From assembly GCF_009914755.1 (NCBI RefSeq), contig NC_060925.1: a stretch of 64,000 bases of DNA; one strand, 5' to 3'. Below the pieces are notes generated by a model, which saw nothing but the letters and a program-made list of their open reading frames with translations, searched no databases and was not told the DNA's origin. Every line of letters starts with the position of its first letter. Position 1 is the first letter of the stretch. Positions 53,923-64,000 of the stretch are shown here, in pieces. Origin of the DNA: the human T2T-CHM13v2.0 reference genome, Homo sapiens. The position numbers were made by a program, and so were the translations under genes.

Positions 53923-54879
53923 TTAGTGGGTGTGAAGTGGTATTTCACTGTGGTTTTGACTTGCATTTTCCTAATACCAATAATGTTGAACATCCTTTCA
54001 TGTGCTATTGGCCATCTGTGGGTTTTCTTTTTGGACAATTGTCTATTTTAAGCCTTTGCCTATTTCGTAATTGGTTTTTTAAATTTTTAAATTGTAAGTG
54101 TTCTTTGTATATGCTGGATACAAATCCCTTATTAGATGAATACTTTGCAAATATTTTCTTACATTTTGTTTTTCACCTTGGTGGTGTCTTTTGAAGCACA
54201 AAATTCTTTAATTTTGATGAAATCCAATTTAACTATTTCTTATTTTGTCACTAGTGCTTTTTATGTCATGTCTAAGAAATCATTGTCCAATCCAAGGTTG
54301 TCACTGTTTACTCCTATGTCTTCTTTTAAAAGTTTTATAGTTTAGCTCTTATATTTAGGCCTACGACTCACTTTGAGTTAATTTTTGTATATAATGTGAA
54401 GTACGGGTCTAAGTTATTTCTTTTCAAAGCAGGTTGATATTTAGTTAACTCAGCATGCTTTGTTGAATTGTCTCAGCATCCTTATAGAAAACCAATTGAC
54501 CATAAAAAAGGCAAGGTTTTATTTCTGGACTCTCAATTCTAGTCCTTTGACCTGTATGTCTATCCAATGCCAGTGCCTTAGTCTTTATAGGAACTATGTG
54601 AGGAAGGTTAGTATCTAGTAATTTAAAGGCTCAGGAAGTTTGAGCATGTTCTTCAAGATCATATAATTAGTATACAGTAAAGCTGAGACTAGAAATTTGG
54701 ATTTTCTATTGCCAGAGCCCAGATTAGAAAGTTAATACTCTGCAGTCACAGGAGGGAATTACTGTGGCATGGGCTTATTATTAGACAGAGAATGACAGGA
54801 TGGAAGAAATTTGGATTCAGGGAAGATGTCACCTGTGGGGATATAAGAATACACAAGGCAAAGCCAAGACCCAGGGGAC

Positions 54880-55470
54880 AATGGGAGTGGAAGGAGGCCA
54901 AGACACCATAATTAATTAGTGCCCTTGAAAGCTCAGAGGAAGCCAGGGAAGGTTTTCAAGAGGATCTCACATTTTGACGATGTCAGGGAAGTTCTGCAGA
55001 GGTTTACAGGGTGTGTGAGTGTTGGGTGAGATAGAAGAGATTCTGGGTAGAAGAAATAGCATGCATGACAAACTAATGGTACTGAAGAATATAGCATAGC
55101 CAGGCAATGGCAAGAACCCAGCTGAAAACCAGGAGGAGCTTCAGGAACTAGTTGGAGATGAGACTGGAAAAGTAATCTGACGGTAGACTATGAAGGTCCT
55201 TGAATATATTGTCAAAGAGTTTGGTTTTTCTCTTGTAATCAACTGGGAACAATTGTAGAGTTTATATAAGGGAGTTATGTCTTCAGACAACTGGTAGCAG
55301 AGAACAGGATAGACTAGAGGAGGAAACAGAGGCAGTAAAACTGGGTTGGGAGCTATTGCAGGAGAGATGATGAGGAGAGTAGGGATGGAGAGGAAAAGGC
55401 AGTTCTTTAGGAAGCATGATTGATAAGACTTGATGACTGATTTGTTGTGGGAAGGGGAGGGAGAGCGACA
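54880..55470 (-). mobile_element. L2 fragment
   Basis: ctatgaaggtccttgaatat..aagagtttggtttt; gggagctattgcagg; gataagacttgatgactgattt. Confidence 0.7.
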
Positions 55471-55618
55471 GGGAAAGAGATAGAGAAAGAGAGAGAGAGC
55501 AGAGGAAGAGGAGCAGGAGGAATAGGAGGGTGAGGAGGATGCAGCAGTGGCTGCTGCTGGTGACAGGGAGGGAATGGGAAGGGAGAGAAGAGAAGAGAGA
55601 AGGAAAGAAAGGAAATGA
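55450..55618. repeat. Purine-rich (GA/GGA) low-complexity tract
   Basis: Read directly from the sequence. Confidence 0.8.
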
Positions 55619-55659
55619 ACATTTCCTGAAGGCCTAATATGTGATAGCTCTGTTAGCAT

Positions 55660-55800
55660 ATTTATATTTTCAGATGAGAAAACATACTCAGAGAAGCTAA
55701 GAAAATTATTCAAAATCACAGAACTGCTAGTTGATGGTTGAAACAAATTTCAAATCCAGTCTTGTCAGACTCCAAATCCCCTGCTCTTTGCTCCACAGCA
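55660..55800 (-). mobile_element. MIR
   Basis: ttttcagatgagaaaaca..ctcagagaagctaag...caaatccagtcttgtcagactccaaa. Confidence 0.75.
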
Positions 55801-56514
55801 TGTTGTCAAAGACAAAGCTTAGCTTTGGTAAAGGCAAGAGAGTGAGTACTGATACCACTTAGAAAGAAAAGGAAGAGAAGTGAACCTCTGTGCCCTTTTT
55901 CTTTAACAGGCACAAAGGCTTCTGCTCTAGAACTCCCTTCTTCTTACTCCTGAAATGTTGGATGATGCTATGGGAAACAGATGAGTTTGTCCAGGGAACC
56001 ATGTGGAGTACGAACAGAGGGAAGGCAAGAAAGGAACTCGTCAAACGGATCGAAGATAAGAGATGGATGGGCCCGGGACATCTTCCCCAGTGGCTCTTGT
56101 CCACGGGACACCTGGCTTGTACCCACAGAAAGTTGGCTTCCAGCCATGCTTGAGTGAGAACAGTGAGGGCCCTTGCCTTCCTACAGTGAGTACTCGATAA
56201 ATGATCACTGCCATTGTCACATAATAATGTGGCTATTATGATCATGGACAGAGCAAAAATAAGTGACTATTTTTCAAGAGTCTATTTGGTGTAGACTTCT
56301 CCAGAGGCAGAACTGTGGAATAAAATTATTTCTAGTGGTCCCTCCCAGCCCCTTGGCTCCATAATTCTCCCACTTTAATATGTGACTAGTAATTAAGAAC
56401 TATCTTGAAATTTTGATTTCTGGCCCAGAGTCTATCATTATACTTCCAAATTTTATTGAGAAAATATTTGAAGCCAAAGAGAGATTTTCAATTTGTTGAC
56501 TTTAAAAGAAGCAT

Positions 56515-57090
56515 TATTCATATTCATCCAACAAATATTCATTTATCACTTGCTCACATAAACAGCCCTCTGCTAGGTACAATGGTGAAGCCAGGTAAGT
56601 ACAAAATCTCTGTCCCCAGGCTGTCTGTAATCTAGATAAGGAGGAGGTGAGCATACATGTAGAGGTAAATATCAATGGAGGAGGTACTTGATCAAAATCA
56701 ACTTTTTTGAGAGTTATTTCAAAGCTATTTATGGCTAAGTCTTGGAAAATATAGATTACAGAAGGATAGAGGTGAGAGAGACAGACAGACAGACATTGAG
56801 AGTGAGAGCAAGAAAGAGAAGAATGAGAAGGAATGAGAGAAAGGAATGAGCTTGAAGCTGGCCTTGAGATTGGGTAGGATTTGAACAGTCAGAGATGAGG
56901 CCAATTCCAGGAGGGAGAGAAGGTCTGAGTGGAAAAGAGAAGGCAAAGATAGTCCAGGTGTGTTGTAAGAAGGGGAGCCAATTAGCCTGAGGTTAGCAGG
57001 GAACTGTCCAGGTACATCCTTGGGGCCTAAGGTAGAAAGAGGAAGGGAGGGTTACAGGTCACGGACTATAAATGTGTCTTCACACATTCA
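56515..57090 (-). mobile_element. L2 fragment
   Basis: attcatccaacaaatattcatttatcacttgct...ctgctaggt; tgagcttgaagctggccttgagattgggtaggatttgaacag. Confidence 0.7.
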
Positions 57091-58879
57091 CTTGGACCAG
57101 GCTCATCCTAGACTTCTCATGGTCATCCTGGGGAGGCCATCATCTGTCCCTTACAAAGTGGATTTTACAGGCAACTCAGTCCCAAGCCATCCTCTTGAGA
57201 TGTGTATTTTGAAAGAAACGTGGTTACCAACATCTCTCAGGCATTGGAAAAAACCATTCACTGCATGCATATTGGTGACTAGCACAGTTCTGTCCATTTC
57301 CCAGAACTTTTACTATTACTGGAATGCCTCCTCTTCACTCCCTTTCCCAAGGTCATGAAGCCTGCCAGGATGCTGCCATGGTAAGAAACTGAGGCAAGGT
57401 TCTGAGGACAACCAATGATTGAGAGGCTGTTTGATTTCTCCTTCCTATAGCTTCTAATCTGGTTCCTCAGTGATTTGTGTCCTCTACTTATTTGGGATGC
57501 AAACCCTCATAGTAGGGCCTGGGATGCACTCCCAGCTTTGTGTAGCGCCTGGATAGCCAAAGATAGGGCCTAGGGAAAGGTTTCTTAGACACCAAATAAC
57601 ATGTAGATGATTTATACATAAATGAGTCAGAAATATGGAGATTAAGTTTTCGCTGAGATGCACATGAATTAAGGAGAAAAGTGTTTGAGGCAATTTAAAA
57701 AGAAATGCCATGAAACTTAAAGCATATGGAAAATAATACAAGATGTTGGAGAAATCTCTAAACGGATGGGGTTTGGCCTAACAAGTCCTTGGAGCCCCTC
57801 CCCATTTCACAAAAAATCTCTTGATTTAAAGGAATTAACTTGACTTTAGAGACTGGCTGAAAAGGGTCTATGGCTCCAGCTTTGACTGGCTCATCCCCAG
57901 TCTAATTGTTCAGATTTTAATTTTTTTTTTACCTTGTTCTGTGGTTCATGTCTAAATACTCAAAGATGTTTATATTGCATACATTCGGCTCTAATTGGCC
58001 CTTAAAAGAAGGTGTTGATTAGAATCTGCTCAACATCAACAGCTAGCTCACACAACATTCTGTAATTACTGTTTATTAATTTAGTTCAAGTGGCATAGTT
58101 GAAAGCCCTGTTCAGATGGGAGAAGTAAATTGTCACTGGTATTGAATATGTAAATTATGTGCATTGTAAATTTCCATGAAGAAATGTTTAAAGTCAAATG
58201 CTGTGCACATAAACCCTTCTGGTTTTATCTAACCCAGCCCTTGGAGTCGAATCAGGTCTTCACTCAGAAAGCACACAGCAGAGCAACCTGTGGGGGCTAT
58301 GCCATTGTCCCAGGGTGGTGCATCTTACCTAGAGTTCCTAAAATGAGATTTTGTAATCAAGTTTTGTTGTGTGTGTTCCCTTTTTTTATGAAACAAGTCA
58401 ACGCTAATGTGCCCTCTTTATCCTTGTTCACAAAGCCCTTCTGTGGAGTTCCCCAGCAGATTTTCTAAGGATGTTTGGCAACCTAGCAAATTCCCCTCTT
58501 TCCCTGAGGAAGCTTCTAGATGCTGTTGGGTGGCATGCTGAAAACAACAGGAATTGAAGACAGCTTTTCTTCAGCAAATAGCTGAAATAAGTTACTGTGA
58601 ATGTGTGGGGTTTTTTCTTCCCCCAGAGCATTAAAGAAGATGGCAGGAACTGGGACATACTCTCTAGTTGGGCTTGTTTCCTGAAGCCCAAACACTATGA
58701 TCTCAGGAAGCTGTATTAAAGGCTCTGCAGCTCTTCCCAGGAGAGGGTGTGGCTTAATCTGGTTGGGATAACCTTATTATACCAAAGATTGTCTTGGATT
58801 CTTGCTGTATTAAGGTTGAATTAAGTGAAATTTTTCTTTAAACATCAACCAAAACATTTTTCTTTTTTCTGTCTTAATG

Positions 58880-59055
58880 GTGCTTCGGGCAAGTTACTTA
58901 ATTGATCTATTCCTTGGATTCCTTACCTATAAAATAGAAAAAATAGTAGTACCAATTTCATGAATTGAATGCAAAGATTAAGTGAAATAATACCTGTAAG
59001 GTGCTTAAAAGACAGCTTGCCCATAGTTTAGGGACAATACGTGTTAACTATTATT
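58880..59055 (+). mobile_element. MIR
   Basis: gggcaagttacttaa...ttccttacctataaaatag...gattaagtgaaataatacctgtaaggtgcttaaaa. Confidence 0.8.
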
Positions 59056-59559
59056 TGTCCCTGTAAAATTTTACATGGTTACAACTGAACCCCAGAATGC
59101 TTTTGTATGTTATTATAAGATTTCCTTTTGTAGAAATTTCTGATTATTTGAGAGAATCTTAAATTTACAACTAGTCCAAAAAGATACTTTTAAAAAATTA
59201 GGGATGAAAACCAAAGGTTTTTGTAAGCATGAAAATTTAATTATTATTTTAGTCTTTCTTAAGGTTGAAAAGAGTAGTTGAGGCAAAAAGTACATCTGGC
59301 TCCTCTGCCACTGAAGCCCACACGTGCCCATTTGGGGGGCTTTCTGTCTTTGTATAAGTTTTTCAGCCCAGATGTTGGATGTTTTCAATTTTGCCGAATC
59401 TGACTATAAATGAACTGAAAATAAATGGCCCAACTGTTACTGGGACTAATTATGATGGTTCCAAGGAGAATGTGCATGCTTTCACTTTTTCTTTATGAAG
59501 TCTTCCTGAAGAAAGCCTTTTGATTGAAATAACCCATTTGGATGATAGCTAACATTTTC

Positions 59560-59800
59560 AGAAGTAATAATAATACAACTTCAGATCCATAGAGAGGAAG
59601 GAATGGGAACATGAAGCGCTTTACAGATGCTAGCTCATTCATCAGCATTACCCTCCTGTGTGGCAGGTGGCAAACATTATTCTTCCTGTTTTACAGATGA
59701 AGAAACTGAGGCACTGAGAAATAAAAGCATGAGGCATAAAAGTTCCAGAGCAAGTCAGTGATAGAAACAGGAAGCCTAGAGCCTTGTAGTCTGGTTAGCT
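59560..59800 (-). mobile_element. MIR
   Basis: gttttacagatgaagaaactgaggcactgaga. Confidence 0.75.
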
Positions 59801-60359
59801 GCTATCCACTAAGGAAAATCTGGTTAGGAGCCATCCACTGAAAACACTGCTACTACTGAGTTCCCCTCACCCAGGAGAGCCTGCCTTTATCCACCAGATG
59901 TTTCAGCTCAGCTGTCTGTTTATTCCTGTAAAGTAAATCCCATTTTCCTATTAATTTCTATTGAAAAATCGGCGATATGGACCCCCAGATTCTTCCCATA
60001 CATAGAGCTGAATGTTTTTGACATGGGAGAACCGAATGTGGTTGCCCAGGCTCTGGTTGTTTTTTGACCTCTCCACTTCCCACCTTACTCCCATCCCGGT
60101 AGTGTTTTGAGAAGTTGGGGAAAAAACATGATGCAGAGTGGAGAGGGCATGGGCAGTGCTTTCTCACTTTTGGTGCTCACTCTGGACAATATTTCTTAAG
60201 GTCAGGAGGGGTTCTGTCCAGTTGGAGGCCCCCAGAGCAGATTCTTAATACCCCCGGGATTTGGCTTTGCATCTTCCTTGGGTGATTCTAAGCTCTATTC
60301 TCACAGATTGCAAATAAGTGACACCATTTTACACATGGTTTAATTTCTTGAAATATTTT

Positions 60360-60880
60360 GTTTATTAATATAACTGCCCACTAATGTCTTCGTTGCATGT
60401 TAGGTAGAGACATGGGGACTGAGAAGGTGGAAGGAGGTAAGTAGGGAGATAAACAGGGAGTCCCTGCCCTCAAGGAGATAGAAGTTTTATGGGGGAGACA
60501 GAAGGAAACCAACATCTATCATGCAGGGTCACTTGTAACTAGGTAATGATTGGTAACAGGGGCACCTAGCTAACCCTGTCCTCTGGGAGTTCTCAGGGGA
60601 AGTTTTGAAGAATGACTAGGAATTAGCCAGGTGACCAGGGGGTGGTGTGTCACTCTAGGCAGAGGCTACAGTGTGTGCAAAGGTATGGAAACTTGCAAGA
60701 TCTTGCCCTCCGGGAAGCAGTGAGCAGTGAGAAGTACTGCACAGCTCTTGTGCACACCGTACACTGACGCTGACTGGATGTAGAGGTCAAGGTGGGTGGA
60801 AGCCAGGCTTAGAAGTCACTTTAGTGCTAAGAAACATTTGAATGTTTCCCTGAAGACCACAGGGCATCTTTGAAAGCTGC
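60360..60880 (-). mobile_element. L2 fragment
   Basis: gtccctgccctcaaggag..ggggagacaga; ggcagaggctacagtgtgtgcaaaggtatgga. Confidence 0.7.
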
Positions 60881-60983
60881 TGTGATGGGGATTTGCACAT
60901 GCCCGAAAGTAAGGCTTCCAATTCTACAGAGCCAACTGGTTTCCTGCTTTGCTAATGGAATAAATCTGTGGTGTATTTATGTG

Positions 60984-61412
60984 TTTATTAGTCAAGGCTC
61001 TCCAGAGAAACAGAACCAACAGGAGATTTATTTATTTGTCTATTTATTGACTGATTGATTTTAGCAATTGGCTAACAAGATTATGGAGGCTAGCAAATCC
61101 AAAATCTGCAGGGTGGGCTGGCAGACTGAAGTCAGGAGAGGAGCCAGTGCTGCAGTTCACACCCAGAGGCCATCTACTGGCAGCATTCTGCTTGCTGAGG
61201 GATGACTTGGGGGCAGTGTGTGTGCCAACCTTCTGTTCTATTCCGGCCCTCAAGTGATTGAATAAGGAGCACCTACAGCATGGAGGACAATCTGCTTTAC
61301 TCAAAGTCTACCAGTTTAAATGATAATCTCCACCAAAAACATCCAGAAGAATGTTTTACACATATCTGGGCATCATGACCAGTCAAGTTGACACATAAGG
61401 TTAGCCATCACA
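60984..61412 (-). mobile_element. ERVL LTR (MLT2C/D-like)
   Basis: tattagtcaaggctctccagagaaacagaaccaacaggaga...gaggacaatctgctttactcaaagtctac...caagttgacacataaggttagccatcaca. Confidence 0.85.
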
Positions 61413-61469
61413 AAGGAAATATATATATTCACATGGGTGTAGTATTCCTACACCTGTCTGCTTCCCATA

Positions 61470-62100
61470 GGACTTCATTTATTCTTTAAAAATTCCTAAT
61501 TGAGTGCCTACTTCGTGTCAACCCTTAGAGACCCAAGAGTGAGCAAGACAGTATTGCTGACCTCATGGAGCTTTCTACAGGAGCAGGGGTTGGCAAATTA
61601 TGGCCCATGCCATATCTGGCCCACAGCTTATTTTTGTCAACAAAGATTTATTGTGGCACAACTGTGTCCATTTATTTATGCATTGTTTATAGCTGCTTAG
61701 GTGCCACAATGGCAGAGTTTAGTAGTTACAACAGACTTTATGGTCTGCAAATCCTAAAATATTTACCATCTGGGTCTTTATGGTGTTCATAGTAAAAGCT
61801 TGATGATCCTCATATTGGAGGGTATGAATATTAAGAAAGTAAATATATAGACATATAATATGATGTCAATTAGACATAAGTGCTTTGAAGAAAAGTAAGA
61901 CAGGATAAAAGGATAAAATACTGGGGGTGCTTTTTTTCGACACAGTGGTTAGGAAAGGGTCTCTCTGTAAAAATGATATTTGAGCAGGGACCTCTGTAAA
62001 AATGATAAAGGAGAGGCAGCCATGAGAATGCCTGGGGGTCATGAGTCCCAGGCAGAGGAATCTGCAAATTGCTGGCATGCTTGAGAATCTAAAGGCTAAG
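61470..62100 (-). mobile_element. L2 fragment hosting MER58A
   Basis: ttgagtgcctacttcgtgtca...cctcatggagctttctacagg; gatatttgagcagggacct. Confidence 0.75.
61584..61812 (+). mobile_element. MER58A hAT-Charlie DNA transposon
   Basis: caggggttggcaaattatggccc...acaatggcagagtttagtagttacaacagac...cctaaaatatttaccatctgg. Confidence 0.85.
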
Positions 62101-62799
62101 AAATATCAGGGCCAATCACCTGCAATTTGTTCTCTCATTTGATATGTGCAGGAAGGCCTGTGTTTCACTAAAGTTGGCTGAGAGGTTGAATTCTTGAAAA
62201 GTACAGTCTGAGTGTTTTGGTTCTGAGCATTAGAACCCCAATCTTCATAATTTCCCCATTGGGTTACCAACTTCCATATGGGATCAAATGCCTCCATTGT
62301 TACTCTTTCCCCTCCACAAATCTCCACCATTGCAGAGTCCAAAAATGCAAATTCCTCAGCCTGGCAATGCAAATCTTGGATGGTCAGTCCTACCTCAACT
62401 GACCCTTCTAACATGACATCCTGGTTTGTTACCCTGCAATTCTCCCATGCTATCCCCTGTTCCTCCCATATCAAGAGCCTGTGTTTCTCCTTTCTTCATG
62501 TTCCATTCACCTTCCCCTCCCCAACCAGAGCCACTGCTCATACCGCCTCCTCCTCCTGAGATGCTCTCACCTCCATCTCTTTTGCTCTGTCTCTCCTTTT
62601 CTTCCTCTCTTCCTCCTTCTATTCTCCGTACCTCTAAGTCCCCTCCCACTCATTGCTTGTTTGAATTTCCATTACAACATTGACTTCAGTTTCTGTGATC
62701 CTGGCTCATGCACCTGTGTCTCTCTTCTAGTCACCTATGAGGCCTGACAGTAGAAATGCAAGGAGAGCAAAGTAGTTTTCTGTGCAGAAGGAATGAGGT

Positions 62800-63230
62800 C
62801 AAGTAAATTACAGTTACTTGACATCTTACTAGGGACTTGTTTGTGCCAAGTACTGTGCAAGGGCCCTGAGGAGATAGCCATGAATCAGACATAATCTTGA
62901 CCTTTAGGGAGCTCACAGTATAATGGGGGAGAAAACACATGAAGAAACGCTGATGGTACAATACAGATGCTTATATGTGCCTCAGAAACAGAGATAGTGT
63001 GTGGCTAGCTCTGCCCACATGAATCAGCAGGTGCTTTATTGGAGAGGTGATGTTTTAGTAAGGTCTAGGCAGAAGAAAAGAGAAAAAGCAGCACGTGTAA
63101 CAGCAGGAAGCTGAAAAGGAGTCGTGCTTACCTGAGACTTGGGGAGAAAGTTGTAAGTAGTGAAGCCTAGAGAGGGAGTCAGTGGGAATGGTAGGAAATG
63201 GGGCAGTAAAAATAGAGTCCTGATGTGGGT
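62800..63230 (-). mobile_element. L2 fragment
   Basis: tgtgccaagtactgtgcaaggg..gagatagccatgaatcagaca..ggagctcacagtataatgggggaga. Confidence 0.75.
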
Positions 63231-63446
63231 GAGCAAGCAAGAAAGCAAACTTTATTTTTATATTTGCATCTTCCTCACTTAACCTAGTCCCTTTAACAGG
63301 GTTATAAATACTCACCAGTTTCTTGACTTGAACTGAGCAAATTAAACACATTTTTCTATATATCTTGACAACCTTTCAAACATGGTAGAGCAATAATTTT
63401 TGTAATGTGATACACATCACATATAATGATTGTGTCAGATATATAC

Positions 63447-63803
63447 TGCTATAGTCTGAATGTTTGGGTCCCCTTATGATTCATATATTGGCACTTAAAA
63501 CCCAATATGATAATATTAAGAGGTGGGGTACTGAGGATGTGATTAGATTATCAGGGCTCTGCCCCCATCAATAGGATTAGTGCATTTATGAAAGAGGCTT
63601 GGGAAAGCCCTTTTCACCTTCTGCCTTGTAAGGACACAAAGAAGGGGCCATCTATGAGTAATGGGCTGTCACCAGACACCAGATCTGTTGGCACCTTGAT
63701 CTTGGACTTCCCAGCCTCTGGAACTGTGAGCAATAAATTTCTGTTGTTTATAAATTACCCAATCTAAGGTATTTTTTTATAGCAGCCCAAACAGACTAAA
63801 ATG
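63447..63803 (+). mobile_element. MaLR solo LTR (MSTD/MLT1A-like) with 5-bp TSD
   Basis: tgctatagtctgaatgtttgggtcccc...gcaccttgatcttggacttcccagcctctggaactgtgagcaataaatttctg; TSD tatac at 63442-63446 and 63804-63808. Confidence 0.9.
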
Positions 63804-64000
63804 TATACAGTTCATTGCATCATATATTACATGATTTTCTTGAGCTCAAGGCAGAGCCAGGCATCTAACAATCTCCTGATCCTAGCTGTGGTTTCCTCTT
63901 TGAGACCAATGTATTTACTATGCATAAAAACTTTTTCTCATTAAAGTAAGAATTGTGCCCCATGCTTCAGCAATGAGATATGTTGAAGCCAGCAGACCTA

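Noticed and set aside
55141-55746. 201-aa Ser/Pro/Leu-rich ORF
   Set aside because: It results from reading a purine-rich low-complexity tract and L2/MIR relics on the stop-poor strand
56243-56256. REST/RE1-like catggacagagc
   Set aside because: Only the right half-site; the left half (tcagcacc) is absent
56590-60445. Isolated consensus splice donors (CAG|gtaagt ~56595, ATG|gtaaga ~57381, GAG|gtaagt ~60437)
   Set aside because: No convincing paired acceptor at exon distance, and two of them lie within L2 relics

Overview
This is 64 kb of primate (human-like) nuclear DNA, not microbial: about 41% GC by eye, CpG-depleted, with Alu elements. I find no recognisable protein-coding gene, RNA gene or CRISPR array. 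Roughly half of the window is decayed transposable elements: 7 Alu copies or fragments (J/S lineages, no AluY), L1 3' ends (L1PA/PB/MB/ME types, nearly all on the minus strand), many L2 and MIR relics, about 15 ERVL/MaLR LTRs and several hAT MER elements. Repeat-free islands rich in homeodomain/AP-1/GATA motifs look like enhancers. Almost all ORFs in the track are chance or repeat-derived. The most notable observations are: a very recent 181-bp tandem duplication; two phase-compatible plus-strand candidate exons (14907-15068, 21743-21862); a 272-codon ORF over a CpG-retaining unique island; a perfect inverted AP-1/ARE palindrome (44645-44671); a closely spaced inverted Alu pair; a two-LTR MaLR element whose LTRs look mismatched and were each hit by an L1 at nearly the same spot; and a perfect DUX4 motif in an MST/MLT1A LTR. 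I see no evidence for a novel multi-gene system. Repeat subfamily names come from recalled consensus sequences, and boundaries without target-site duplications (TSDs) are approximate.
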